Assembly (NCBI GenBank): GCA_951406725.2
Contig: OX597839.1
Location: 28,582,001 to 28,646,000, forward strand
Direction of reading: 5' to 3'
DNA from: Octopus vulgaris
Taxonomy: Eukaryota
DNA length: 64,000 nt
Shown: piece by piece, positions 37,326 to 50,732 of the stretch
How positions within the stretch are numbered: the stretch's first letter is position 1
Layout: every line of letters starts with the position of its first letter
Translations under genes and position numbers: made by a program
Notes under the pieces: model-generated
Databases searched by the model: none
Seen by the model: the letters and a program-made list of their open reading frames with translations, nothing else
What the model was told of the DNA's origin: nothing

Positions 37326-40300
37326 TATGTACTTCTTTGAAAATCACGGATCTACAAGTGGTGACATTGTTGTCATTACACCTGTCAATGAATTGTCCTC
37401 TGGCTCTGTGCCTTCAAAGACATGTGATATAAGAGATGCCTTACTTGAAAAAACAGATCAGTATTAGTGACAGGAAGAGCATCCAGCTGTAAAACAATTC
37501 CATTATCAGGTTTTGCTTTCTAACTGATAACAGAATGACAGGCAAAATTTAAAACTTTTTTTTTTAATTCAGTTTTGCTTTTGTTCTTTTTTTCTAAAAT
37601 TTGAAGAATTCTTTTATTCTTTTGATTGATTCAGTCATTTGACTGCAGCCATGTTGGAGCACGGCCCCGAAGGGTTTTAATCGAACTAATGAACCCCAGG
37701 ACTTTTATTTATTTTTTAAGCCTAGTACTTATTCTATCAGTCTTTTCTGCTTACTGCGAAGTTATGGGGACATAAGCACACAAACATCAGTTCTCAAGTT
37801 GGGATCGGGAAACAAACACACACACTAGGACACACACACAGATAGATATATATATATGACAGGCTTCTTTCAGTTTCCATTTACCAAATCCACTCCCAAG
37901 GCTATAGTAGAAGATACTTGCTCAAGGTGTCACACAGTGGGACTGAACCCGGAACCCTGTGGTTGGGAAACAAGCTTCTTACCACACATCCAAAATACTT
38001 AAGAATGTTGTTATAATGCAAGTGCAAATTGCATCACTCTTTAAGTCCTCTCCTTCAAACACTCATACATTGGAACCGATAGGAGCAACCCTTGTATATA
38101 AATGAGGAAGGAAATGGTATAAGTAACAGAAATACAGAATTAAGGGACACTAAACAAAATAGGTAAAAAAAAAACTCCAATAAAGGCAAACAACCAAAAG
38201 ATCTTTGAAGAACCTAAACAAGTATGAAGGATATGTTTACATTGAGCAATAGTTGAGAAAAAAGTGTGACCCCTGGGAGACAACCAGATTATGGCCAACA
38301 CTAAAGACGTAAGGAAATTTAGCATTACACAAATTAGATGCAATAGAATCATCATTACTTAATGTCCATTGTCCATGCTGGCATGAGTTGGACAGTTTGA
38401 CCGGACTGGCACGCTGGAAGGCTGCACCAGACTCCAGTTGATTTGGCATGGTTTTCTACAGCTGGATGCCCTTCCTAACGTCAACCACTCCAAGAGTGTA
38501 ATGGGTGCTTTTACGTGCCACCAGAATGGGTGCCATTTGCATGGCACTGAGGTGCTTTTACATACCATCGGCATGGGTGCCAATTTGCGTGACACCGGTA
38601 TCTGCCATGTCTGCTATTTTGCTCAGCTTGATGAGTCTTCTTCTCAAGCATGACATAATGCCAAAGGTCTCGGTCACTGCCTCCACGAGGCCCAACACTC
38701 AAAAGAAACTCAGCCACTTTGCCTCTGTGAGGTCCAATGCTCAAAAGAAACTCAACCACTTTGCCTCCATCAGGCCCAGTACTTGAAAGGTGTCCTCTAT
38801 ATGCCACCAGCATGGGTGCACCTGGCTTGACAGGTCTCCTCAAGTACATCACATCGCCAAAGGTCTCGGTCACTAGTCATTGCCTCTGTGAGGCTCAAAG
38901 TTCATGCTTCACCACTTTGCCCCACGTCTTCCTGGATCTGCCTCTACCTTAGAATAGAAAGGCGAATTAAGAGATTAAAGGATTATCTTTAATGATCTTT
39001 CTTATAATTGTAACGATGGTGATGAGTAAAATGGAGTTCAAAGACAAATGTCACTTGACCAGCTAGAAATAGCAGCTTATTCATTCACATGAGTTCTTTA
39101 TTCATGCAAGCATAGTTTAGATCAGTGGTACTTAACCAGGGTCCATATGACCCAATAAAGTTTACTATGCAAAATAGAAAATTGGGTCCACAGTATTATT
39201 TTAAGGGTCAATGAAAACATTTTGCTATAGATGTGGAGGGTGACCCAGGAAGACCTGGGACGAAGTTTTGAAGGCCAACCTCAAAACGCTGAACATTATG
39301 AAGGGAATAAAAGAGGATCAAGATATGTGGTGCATTGCTGTACTTGAGAAGACCTGCCCACCACTACAGAACTGAGATCCTAAAACCAAGGTGTCACTTA
39401 AAAGACCACCCAATACGCTCTGTAAAGTGGTTAGCATTAGGAAGGGCATCCAACTGTAGAAACAAGGCCAAAACAAACAAGGGGAACCAGGTGTGACCCC
39501 TACTTAACCAGTTCCTGTCAATCCATCCAACACATGCCAGCATGGAAAACAGACATTATATATTGATGATGATGATGATGATGATGATGATGTTATTGCA
39601 AAAAACAGCTAGATTTCTTTCTCTGTTTTACAGAGTTCAACCTACACAAGTGAATGTGTGAAGAACAAAATAGGAATTTTGCAAGAAGTATCTATGGAGC
39701 AAGTTTTTAAACATTGAATGGCTATGGGGATCCGCCAGAATGAAAGGGATCCATAGGTTAAAAAATGGTTGAGAACCATTACTTTAGATGTATTTATTGC
39801 AAGAATCAACAAGGTTTCTTTCTCTAATGTTTTACATAATTCAACATGTTTCCAACCACACAGACATGTTCTCCCAGCAAGTGTTATTGCAAAACCCACA
39901 CAAACGAATGGGTGGAAAACAAAACAGGAATTTTGAAAGAAAAATCTAAAAGACTAAGGGAGCTGGCAGAAACGTTAGCAAGCCAGACGAAATGCTTACC
40001 GGTATTTCATCTGCCATTACGTTCTGAGTTCAAATTCCGCCGAGGTCAACTTTGCCTTTTATCCTTTCGGGGTCGATAAATTAAGTACCAGTTACGCACT
40101 GGGGTCGATGTAATCAATCGACTTAGTCCCTTTGTCTGTCCTTGTTTGTCTCCTCTATGTTTAGCCCCTTGTGGGCAATAAAGAAATAAGAATCTATAAA
40201 GCTAGTTTTTAAACATTGAATGGCTTTGGAGATCTGCCAGAATAGAATGGTAACGAAAGGGGTCCAATGGTTGAGAACCACTGATTTAGATGTATTCATT

Positions 40301-40804
40301 GCAAGAAACAGCAAGAATTCTTTCTCTAACATTTTACATATTTTAACATGTTCCTGACCACTAAAACATGTCCTCACAGCGAGTTTTATTGCAAACCCAC
40401 ACAAGAAAACGGGGGGAAAACAAAATAGGAATTTTGAAAGCAGTATCTATAAGACTGGTTTTTAAACATCACATGGCTAATGGGGATCTACCAGAATAAG
40501 ATAGTAAAGAAAGGAGTCCAGATGAATATATTACTGAGGTATTGCTTTACAATCACAGACAGATGCTCTTCCTATTGACCAACCTTACCAGTTTTTCATG
40601 TAAAGAAACTCTCACTCTACAAGTCTTTCAATGTGCAAAGTTCCCAAGACAATTACTCAACAGGGAACATGTCCACAATGTCACCACCTGTAGCTCAGTG
40701 AATTTTTCAGAGAACTACAAATACACACACACAAGGTGGTATCAAAAAGTTCCAGGACTAGTTCTGCAGCATGCCAACAGATGGCAGCACACAGTAACAT
40801 TACA

Positions 40805-40848
<44 letters not shown>

Positions 40849-40906
40849 TTATTATATATATATAAATGTATCATATATGTACTATATATAATATATATGT
40901 ATTATA

Positions 40907-42250
40907 CATGAGGTAGTGTCAAAAAGTTCCTGGACTCATTTTGTAGTGCACCAACAGATGGCAGCACATGGTTGCATGTGCAGTGGGAGCTAGCGGTGAC
41001 CTTCATGAGGCAGTGTGCCAAGTGACAATGCTGTGTTTACTTTGTAAGTTGTGAAATTTGAGTTTTTGTGATTTTTGTCATGGACAGGGACAAAGAGCCA
41101 ACATGAAACTTTTTTTGTGTTAAACTGGGGAAGTCTGTTACAGAGACATCGGTCACGCTTCAGCAAGCTTACTGCGACAAAGCAATGGGCCGTGTGCAGT
41201 GTTTCGAGTGGTGAGGGTACTTCAAAAATGGAAGAATGTCTCTGGAAGAAGATGAGGGTCATGGAAGACGATGAGCAATGCAGAAGACAATGGGTGATAT
41301 GGAAGACCTGTCACAAGTGTCACCACCAGAAATGTGATATTGCGCATTGAGAACTTGTCCTCCAGGGAAAGATTGTTGATTGAGACTTCTACTATAATAT
41401 TATGAGGAGGCGCAATGGCCCAGTGGTTAGGGCAGCGGACTCGCAGTCATAGGATCGCGGTTTCGATTCCCAGACCGGGCGTTGTGGGTGTTTATTGAGC
41501 GAAAACACCTAAAAGCTCCACGAGGCACCGGCAGGGGATGGTGGTGATCCCTGCCGTACTCTTTCACCACAACTTTCTCTCACTCTTACTTCCTGTTTCT
41601 GTTGTACCTGTATTTCAAAGGGGCCGGCCTTGTCACATTCTGTGTCATGCTGAATATCCCCGAGAACTACGTTAAGGGTGCACGTGTCTGTGGAGTGCTC
41701 AGCCACTTACACGTTAATTTCACGAGCAGGCTGTTCTGTTGATTCGGATCAACCGGAACCCTCGTCGTCGTAACCGACGGAGTGCTTCCATCCATCATAA
41801 TATTATGAAGTGTTTGAGGGAGGACATTCAGCGGAAGCAACCGGATCAGTGGAGCATGAAGAATTGGATTCTTCAAGAGCACAATGCACCCTGTCACCAA
41901 GCTCTCCTCACTTGTGAATTTCTCACCAAAGAACAACATGGTACCACTTCTGCACCCGACCTATTCACCAGATTTAGCACCTGCAGGCATCCATCTCTTC
42001 CCCAAGATGAAAATGCTGCTCAAAAGTTGTTTTAAGACTGTTGTCAAGATCCAGGGTGAATTGCAGAAGGTCCTTAACTCCCTCACAAAAAACGACTTCC
42101 AGGCCAGATTCCAAGAGTTGCAGGAACACTGGGACCAGTGTATTGCTGTGCAAGATCACTATTTCAAAGGAGATAAGGTTAAAACTTAAGTAAATAAGTT
42201 TTTTTTAATTAAATGTAACGAGTCTGTGAACCTTTTGATACCCAACCGTA
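40907..42250 (+). pseudogene. Degenerate, internally deleted mariner transposon (transposase pseudogene) interrupted by a SINE
   Basis: Degraded TIRs (catgaggtagtgtcaaaaagttcc ... gaaccttttgatacccaaccgta). Fragments FCVKLGKSVTET..QQAY..AMGRVQCFEW..FKNGRMSLE and WILQEHNAPCH..HPTYSPDLAP..LFPKMK..WDQCIAVQDHYFKGD, with stops and frameshifts. An extra left-end copy lies at about 40730-40795. Confidence 0.9.
41406..41796 (+). mobile_element. SINE family A inserted into the mariner transposase
   Basis: 12-bp TSD ataatattatga at 41394-41405 and 41797-41808. Confidence 0.92.
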
Positions 42251-44614
42251 TGAAATGTGTTTATATTATATATGTAATTCTTTTATTCTTTTACTTGTTT
42301 CAGTCATTTGACTGTGGCCATGCTGGAGCACCACCTTTAGTCAAACAAATCAACTCCAGGACTTATTCTTTGTAAGCCTAGTACTTATTCTATCGGCCTC
42401 TTTTTGATGAATCACTAAGTTACAGGGACGTAAACACACTAACATCAGTTGTCAAGCAATGGTGGCGGGGGCAAACACAGACACAAATACACACATACAT
42501 ATACGACAGGCTTCTTTCAGTTTCCGTCTACCAAATCCACTCACAAGGCTTTGGTGGCCTGAGGCTATAGGAGAAAACACTTGCCCAAGGTACCACACAG
42601 TGGGACTGAACCTGGAACCATGTGGTTGGGAAGCAAGCTTCTTACCACACAGCCACTTATATAGTATACATATATTATACTATATAAGTATAATATATGT
42701 AACAAGTTGTTAACAGATGAAACTCTAGCATCATGTCATAACTTCTTCTGTGCAAAATAGTATCAATTGGTTGTAAGTCCTTGCTGAATGGTTTTTATTT
42801 CAAAGATTTCCTTCTCTGAGATGGATTATCTTCACTGCAACAGGTGAGAACCATCTACCCTTAACCATATTTATTTCTTTATTGCCCACAAGGGGCTAAA
42901 CATAGAGGGGACAGACAAGGGGATTAAGCCGATTACATCAACCCCAGTGATTAACTGGTACTTATTTAATCGACCCCGAAAGGATGAAGGGCAAAGTTGA
43001 CCTCGGCGGAATTTGAACTCAGAACGTAACGGCAGATGAAATACCACTAAGCATATTGCCCAGCGTGCTAACATTTCTGCCAACTCGCCACCTTACTCAT
43101 GGGCCCAGTTTCCCGGTTTCAATGGCGTATGTGTTCCCCAGCTGGACGGGACGCCAGTCCATTGCAGCGCTACTCATTTTTGCCAGCTGAGTGGACTGGA
43201 GCAACATGAAATGAAGTGTTTTGCTCAAGAACACAACACATCACCCAGTCCAGGAATCGAAACCACAATCTTACAATCATGATGCTGATACCCTAACGAC
43301 TAAGCCACGCACCTCCATTTAACTCTACCCTTAACTATATTGATTGGCCATTCACTTTCCCCAGTTCTCCCACCCTCTGATGGTCTTGTTTCTCATCCTG
43401 CAGGGTGTCCAAAACTTACCCTCCTCACCAGAAAAGCTCAGTGGGGTTGCCGGTTTCGTCATCAATGGCCTCAACATGCAACAGGTTGTACTAAGCTACA
43501 TGTTACCAGCAGCATAAAAGCCACCTGACATACATCAGAGCAATCTAACATACATGTAGTTTTTATGTATAATACACAAAATACATGTTTGAAATATATT
43601 TGTAATAATTAATTGTATATTTCGCGTGTCGGTGGCACATAAAAAAACAGCATCCAAGCGTGGCCGTTCGCCAGCCTCGTCTGGCACCTGTGTCGGTGGC
43701 ACATAAAAAAAAAAAAACACCATCCAAGCGTGGCCGTTCGCCAGCCTCGTCTGGCACCTGTGTCGGTGGCACATAAAAAAAACAAAAACACCATCCGAGC
43801 GTGGCCGTTCGCCAGCCTCGTCTGGCACCTGTGTCGGTGGCACATAAAATCACCCACTACACTCTCGGAGTTGTTGGCGTTAGGAAGGGCATCCAGCTGT
43901 AGAAACACTGCCAGATCTGACTGGCCTGGTGCAGCCCTCGGGCTCCCCAGACCCCAGTTGAACCGTCCAACCGGACGTTAAACGATGATGATGATTGTGT
44001 TTTGGTTATGCATATGATCCCCCAGCCCATGGAAAAATTGCCATAAATGAAATCTGCCCTAGGGGCAAAAAAATTTGAGGATCACTGCTTTAAAGGTTCA
44101 GATTAAGCAGCTCTTTGATCAAACGCATTCCAGACATGACCACACTGTCCTAATAAGATTTTGTAGGTTTTTGTTGTTTTTTATCACCACCTATATCATG
44201 TGGTGTGTTATTTCTTTAAGAAGATAGCAACAGTGAGGTGTCTTCATTTAAGGAGTGATTTTGGCTGTTTTATTTAGCAATCGAGCAACCACATAGATGA
44301 ACACTACTCCACACTAGTCTAGTCCACTAGCTCCACCAACTGGAGACTTACATGTATAGAATAATAATAACAATCCTTCCTACTAAAGGCACAAGGCCTG
44401 AAATTTGGAGGGAGAGAATAAGTCGATTACATCAACCCCAGTGTTTAACTGGTACTTAATTTATCAATCCCAACAGGATGAAAGACAAAGTCGACCTTGG
44501 TTGAATTTGAACTCCAACCGTGAAGAGCTACGACATACCACTAAGCATTTAACCCAGCATGCTAACGATTCTGATGGCTCACCGCCTTTGATAATAATAT
44601 TAATATGACAAACG

Positions 44615-44740
44615 ATTATCTTATGAACTTCATTAGCTAACAGCTGTTTCTGCTGTAAGACTCATAGTTGAGTGCTTGAGTAACACCATTTGTAGCTTCA
44701 TCAGAGCCTTGAATATGAAGTGCAGTATATTTGTGGAAAG
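44615..44740 (-). mobile_element. Penelope-like fragment with hammerhead-like motif (44635-44708); related inverted fragment at 11241-11358
   Basis: Minus strand GGCT-CTGATGA-AGCT...AGCA-GAAA-CAGCTG-TT-AGCT. The 11.3-kb copy has ...TAGCA-GAAA-CAGCTG-TA-AGCC. Confidence 0.5.
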
Positions 44741-45131
44741 AATTACATTTATGCATGTATTTTCATTTTTCTTATTTGTTTCAGTGATTTGACTGCAGCC
44801 ATGCTGGAGTACCACCTATAGTCGAACAAATTGACCCCAGGACTTAGTCCTTGTAAGCCTAGCACTTATTATATTGGTCTCTTTTGCCGAACTGCTAAGT
44901 TACAGGGATGTAACATCAACATCGGTTGTCAAGCGATGGTGGGAGAACAAACACAGACACACACACACACACACATATACAATGAGCTTCTTTCAGTTTC
45001 CGTCTACCAAATCCACTCACAAGGCTTTGGCCGACCCCAGTCTATAGTAGAAGACACTTGCCCAAGGTGCCACGCAGTGGGACTGAACCCAGAACCATGT
45101 GGTTGGGAAACAAGCTACTTACCACACGCCC

Positions 45132-45186
<55 letters not shown>

Positions 45187-47031
45187 GCAGCAACAAGTAT
45201 CGAGTCGTTCGTTGTCTTTTGACGAGGTAAACATTTTTTTTTTTAGTATGTCATCAATGAAACAGTTTTGTTCTCGCATAATACCAAAAGAATTTTTCAA
45301 TAACCTACATTTATCCTCATTAGAAAAGAAATTACTTATTACAACAACTACGATTATTATTATTACTACTGACACCTTTTTGTTTTAATCCTTAAATATT
45401 GTTATAACCTACGCAGGCGTGACAGAGAAAGCCAGGTCGCGCACCTGAAACGAACCACGTTCAAACCAGACCACGCATGAATGCGTTCAACCGTGCGAGA
45501 GAGAGAAATGCAACCATGATCAGAAAACAAACAGGTGAAAATAGTTGTAAGAAAATAAGAGAGAGACACACCTGACCCAGAGAGAGAGAGAGAGATCGAA
45601 ATAGTCAATGATCTACGTTCAATAACAGATGGATCATCAAAGATCCCGATCCCTTCTCCACCCCGCAGACGCACATTTCGTAACATGTCTGTGTAATGTA
45701 TCCTACTCGTCTGCTGCCGCCCCCTTCTTGCAATAATAAACAAATTATTATTATTATTATTATTGTGTTTTCTTTTTAACAGAATACGTAAAAGTGAATA
45801 TGTAAGAAGGTTGGTCCATTTCGTCACATATTTTTATGCCTCACACACACAAACGTACACACACCTTGCTTTATGTTAGGTATTTCAAATAACTGACACA
45901 CATAAACCCATACAGACAGCTTGCTTTATTTTGTCACGTATTTCCATGTGTACACACACACACACACACGTATATATATATTATACACCCATGTACACAC
46001 TCACACACATCCATGCTGTTTCGTTTCGCTTGGTTTTTTACGATTATCCTACAGCCACAGTTCTTTTCAGCAATCCATTCATTTCCTTATTCACGGATTA
46101 TCGTGAAAACGAAAAGAAAAAAAAAAGAAAAAACCAACAGAATTACAACACAAAATGAGATTAATTTATTTTAATTAATTAGTTTCTACACTAACAACCC
46201 TGACATACTCCACCGTTCACCCGAACAAATATTCATTCTATATCATTTTTTTTTAAATCCTTTCGCTAGTGGAACAGGTTCGATCTAACACAATACCAGA
46301 CAACTACCTCCTGGGCCGATGTAATTAAATTATGCCTCCCCTCAAAAGAAAAAATACATATATATATATATATATATAACATATATATATATAACACCTA
46401 TGTTAATAATAATTATTATTATTATTATCATAATCATTATTGCCATTTATCCTTACAGGGTCGATAAAATAAATACCAGTCGAGCACTGGAGTTGATGTA
46501 ATTGACTGAGTCCTTCCCCCAAATTTCAGATCTTGTCCCTATAACAGAAAGTACTATTATTATTATTATTATTATTATTATTATGGCTCATTTTCCATGC
46601 AGGGATATATTAAATGTTAATAATCCATAGGTACCAGGTCTCAAAATAAAATAATCGGTAGACAAAGGTACAGGCGGGGGATATATACTTGCTCTGTTTC
46701 TTTCGATTTGTGTCTTATTTAATTATTTATAAAGTAATTACATTCGTGTAATGCTGATTACGGTTGTGGTGTATTACGAAAGAGCTTTTTCAAAAGGAGC
46801 CGCTTTTCACCTCCGACAATTTCTTCCCCTATTAAAATATGACATCAACCATAAATATATTAACGGTCAACAAATAATAATTAGTGTTTCTGTTGTTGCT
46901 GTTGCGTGTAATTATGTAAAAGATTAAATGTTTAAAAACAACCAAAAAAAAGGAATACGTTTGACAACAGTTCGGAGTAATAATGAGAGCAAGTGGTTAG
47001 TATTACATACATGTGTGACTGTGTACGCATG

Positions 47032-47069
<38 letters not shown>

Positions 47070-47220
47070 TATGTGTATATACACATGTACATAAGCACGT
47101 CTATACATATACATGCAAATATCCATATATATATATATATGTGTGTGTGTGTATAAATATATATGAAAAATGTAAATGTATATGTATGCAGAAATGTGTA
47201 TATATACATGCATGTTTATG

Positions 47221-47287
<67 letters not shown>

Positions 47288-47404
47288 ATCCTTATCATGA
47301 CAAGCATTCCATACTTGCATTGATCAGATGGAATTTATTGAGGCAGATTTTCCTACGGCCCTTCCAATCTTGACAACAAGAAGGGCATCAAGCCGTGTGT
47401 GTTT

Positions 47405-47435
<31 letters not shown>

Positions 47436-47487
47436 CTGTGTACGTACAGATCTGTATATGCATATGCAGTATGTATATATAGATATG

Positions 47488-47523
<36 letters not shown>

Positions 47524-48129
47524 TGTATGTATGTATGTGTATGTATATATATATATACCTTATATATGCTTTTTAAATGTATAAACATACTTTATATAAG
47601 TGTACAACATACATACTTCGTATATGTTATATATACACATATATACTGAAGTAACGTGTACATACACAGTGTGTACTTATCCGACGTATATATATATAGA
47701 GAGAGAGTATAGACACATACATATATACACAGAGGGAGAGAGTACATCTGCATGAGTGTATATACAGTGGATGTAGGTTTTTATGTATATGCAAGCATAT
47801 ACAGCATGTTTGTGTATGTGTCTATGTGTGTGTGTGTATGTGTATGTGTGTGTATATGTATGTGTGTGTGTATGAATGAATGCATACATGCAGAAATAGA
47901 ACGTATGTATATATGTGAGTTTATGTGTGTATATATATGTGTGTGTGTGTTTAAAGTACTAGCCAGACCTGTCCGTGACGTGAACATTACATGCGATATG
48001 CACATATATATATAAATATATACATGTACAAGTACATATATATATACATACATATAGATATATACACACACATAAAGGTCTACTAGAGACGAAAGATCGC
48101 CATATATACATATAGATACACACATATAT

Positions 48130-48169
<40 letters not shown>

Positions 48170-48290
48170 CTATATACAAGTACACATACATATATATATA
48201 TAGATATATATACACACATATATATATATGTATGTGTCTCTTATGTATCTATGTATGTGTCTGTTATGAGAAACTGTCGCTAACACTGAC

Positions 48291-48345
48291 CTTTGTGCGA
48301 CGTCTCCGCCGACTCGAGGGGACCGAATTCGTTGAGATCAGTCAT
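48291..48345 (-). CDS. RABEP1: Rabaptin-5/RABEP1-like, probable first coding exon (MTDLNEFGPLESAETSHK-)
   Basis: ATG at 48345-48343 in a CpG-rich island. 55 nt (18 codons + 1) ending AAAG|gtcagt, a phase-1 donor that matches the phase-1 acceptor at 14780. The peptide is not conserved, so the link rests on phase and context and implies a 33.5-kb intron. Confidence 0.7.
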
Positions 48346-48650
48346 CGTTGAGGAGAGGAGAGAGACACACACCCGGCGACTGCTTGAACGGGTTCTCGGT
48401 TGGTCTATACAAAAATGTTATTTACTCTCATCGGAGACCATTTCTTTACTTTTCGCGTTTTACCTTGAACGGCATCGATACGTCATTAACTATGTGCACG
48501 CCCTCTGCTTCCGATCGTCATTAACGGGAGTTAACTCTCTCTTCACTTCACTTTACTTTTTTTTTTTCTTTTTTTTTTTTTTAATTCGCGCATTGGCATC
48601 ATCCAAGCTCACCAGCATCGGTCGCCTTTTTTTTGCTGAAGAAGCGGAAA
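48346..48650 (-). promoter_or_regulatory. CpG-retaining 5' UTR/promoter region of the RABEP1-like gene
   Basis: Non-repetitive, CpG-enriched stretch directly upstream of the ATG, flanked by long (TA)n/(CA)n tracts. The TSS cannot be located from sequence. Confidence 0.5.
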
Positions 48651-48786
48651 AAAAAAAAAAAATTTTTTTGTTGTTTTTCTTGCTTTTTTTTTACATGTCT
48701 TTTTATTTAAGTTTAAATTTAAATTTAACGAAATCATCATTATCCCTTGTTATATGGCCGAAATCTGATGACTGAATCAAGCAAAA

Positions 48787-49236
<450 letters not shown>

Positions 49237-50503
49237 ATTCTTTTATTCTTTTATTTGTTTCGGGCATTTGACTGCAGCCATGCTGGAGCACCGCCTTTAA
49301 TCGAACAAATCAACCCCAGGACTTATTCTTTGTAAGCCTAGTATTTATTCTATCGGTCTCTTTTTGACAAACTGCTAAGTTACAGGGACGTAAACACACC
49401 AACATCAGTTGTCAAGCGATGGTGTGAGGACAAACAGCGACACACAAACACATACATACATATATATACATATATGCGACAGGCTTCCTTCAGTTTCCGT
49501 CTACCAAATCCATTCACAAGGCTTTAGTCAACTTGATACTTAAGCAGAAGACATTTGCCCAATGTACCATGCAGTGGGACTGAACCCGGAACCATGTGTT
49601 TGGGAAGCAAGCTTCTTACCACACAGCCACTCCTGCGTCTGTATATATTCATTTTTTTTATTTTCAGTGTGGCTGTGTGGAAAGCACTTTGCCACCTGGT
49701 TCTGGGTTCAGCCCCTCTGCGTGGTACTTTGGGCAAGTGTCAACAGTGGCCCGGGAACAGGATTTACTTAGGGGGTGCAAACCCAGGTCAAAAACTTTTT
49801 ACGAACAAGGTGGATTTTTCCAATCTTGATATCAAAACAAACACACACACGCACGCACACACACACACACACACACATACACACATACATACGCACACAC
49901 ATACACACATATATATATACATACATGCATACACCCAAACATATATATATATATATATATATACACAAACGCACACATACATATACATGTATATGTTTCT
50001 TTTTACCCACAAGGGGCTAAACACAGAGGGGACAAACAAGGACAGAAAAACGAATCAAGTCGACTACATCGACCCCAGTGCGTAACTGGTACTTAATTTA
50101 TCGACCTTGAAAGGATGAAAGGCAAAGTCGACCTCGGCGGAATTTGAACTCTGAATGTAACAGCAGGCGAAATACAGCTATGCATTTTGTCCTGCGTGCT
50201 AACGGTTCTGCCAGCTCGCCGCCTTACATATACATATATATATATACACACACACATACACACATATACACGGGGAAAACGGACAGTATCGGAAACATAA
50301 ACCTAGCACAGGTGTTATTTTATATATACGCAAGAGGCCTTTCGATAATACGACAGAATTAGGACAAGATAAAAAATGAAAGTTGTCAATATTTAAGGCC
50401 TTTTGCCCATACTGCAGCTTTAAGATATGATAAGAAGTAATGCTAAAAGGGGTCTATATCCAAAAGAACTCAGGAGAAGAATAAGAGGATGGGATAAAGT
50501 GTA

Positions 50504-50732
50504 TTAACCCTTTAATGTTCAGATTACTCTGTTAAATGTAATATTTTTTTTATTCAAATTGTTTTGAATTAATCATGCATTATCTCATAGCTTTGAGGTT
50601 TCAATGATGTGATTGCTTAGTTTTAGAATGTCAATGTAGGTTAGGTGTGAGAGGCTAGATATGGCCAGTTTGAATATAAAACATATAGAATATTTGGGCC
50701 GGATATGGCCGGTTTAAACACTAAAGGGTTAA
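50504..50732. mobile_element. Second TTAA MITE family (other copies ~3753-3981, ~30388-30608)
   Basis: TTAA|CCCTTTAATGTTCAGATT ... AAACACTAAAGGG|TTAA. Confidence 0.8.

Noticed and set aside
46811-46845. Short ATG..AG|gtgaaa candidate first exon
   Set aside because: Phase 2, incompatible with exon 2, and the donor is weak.
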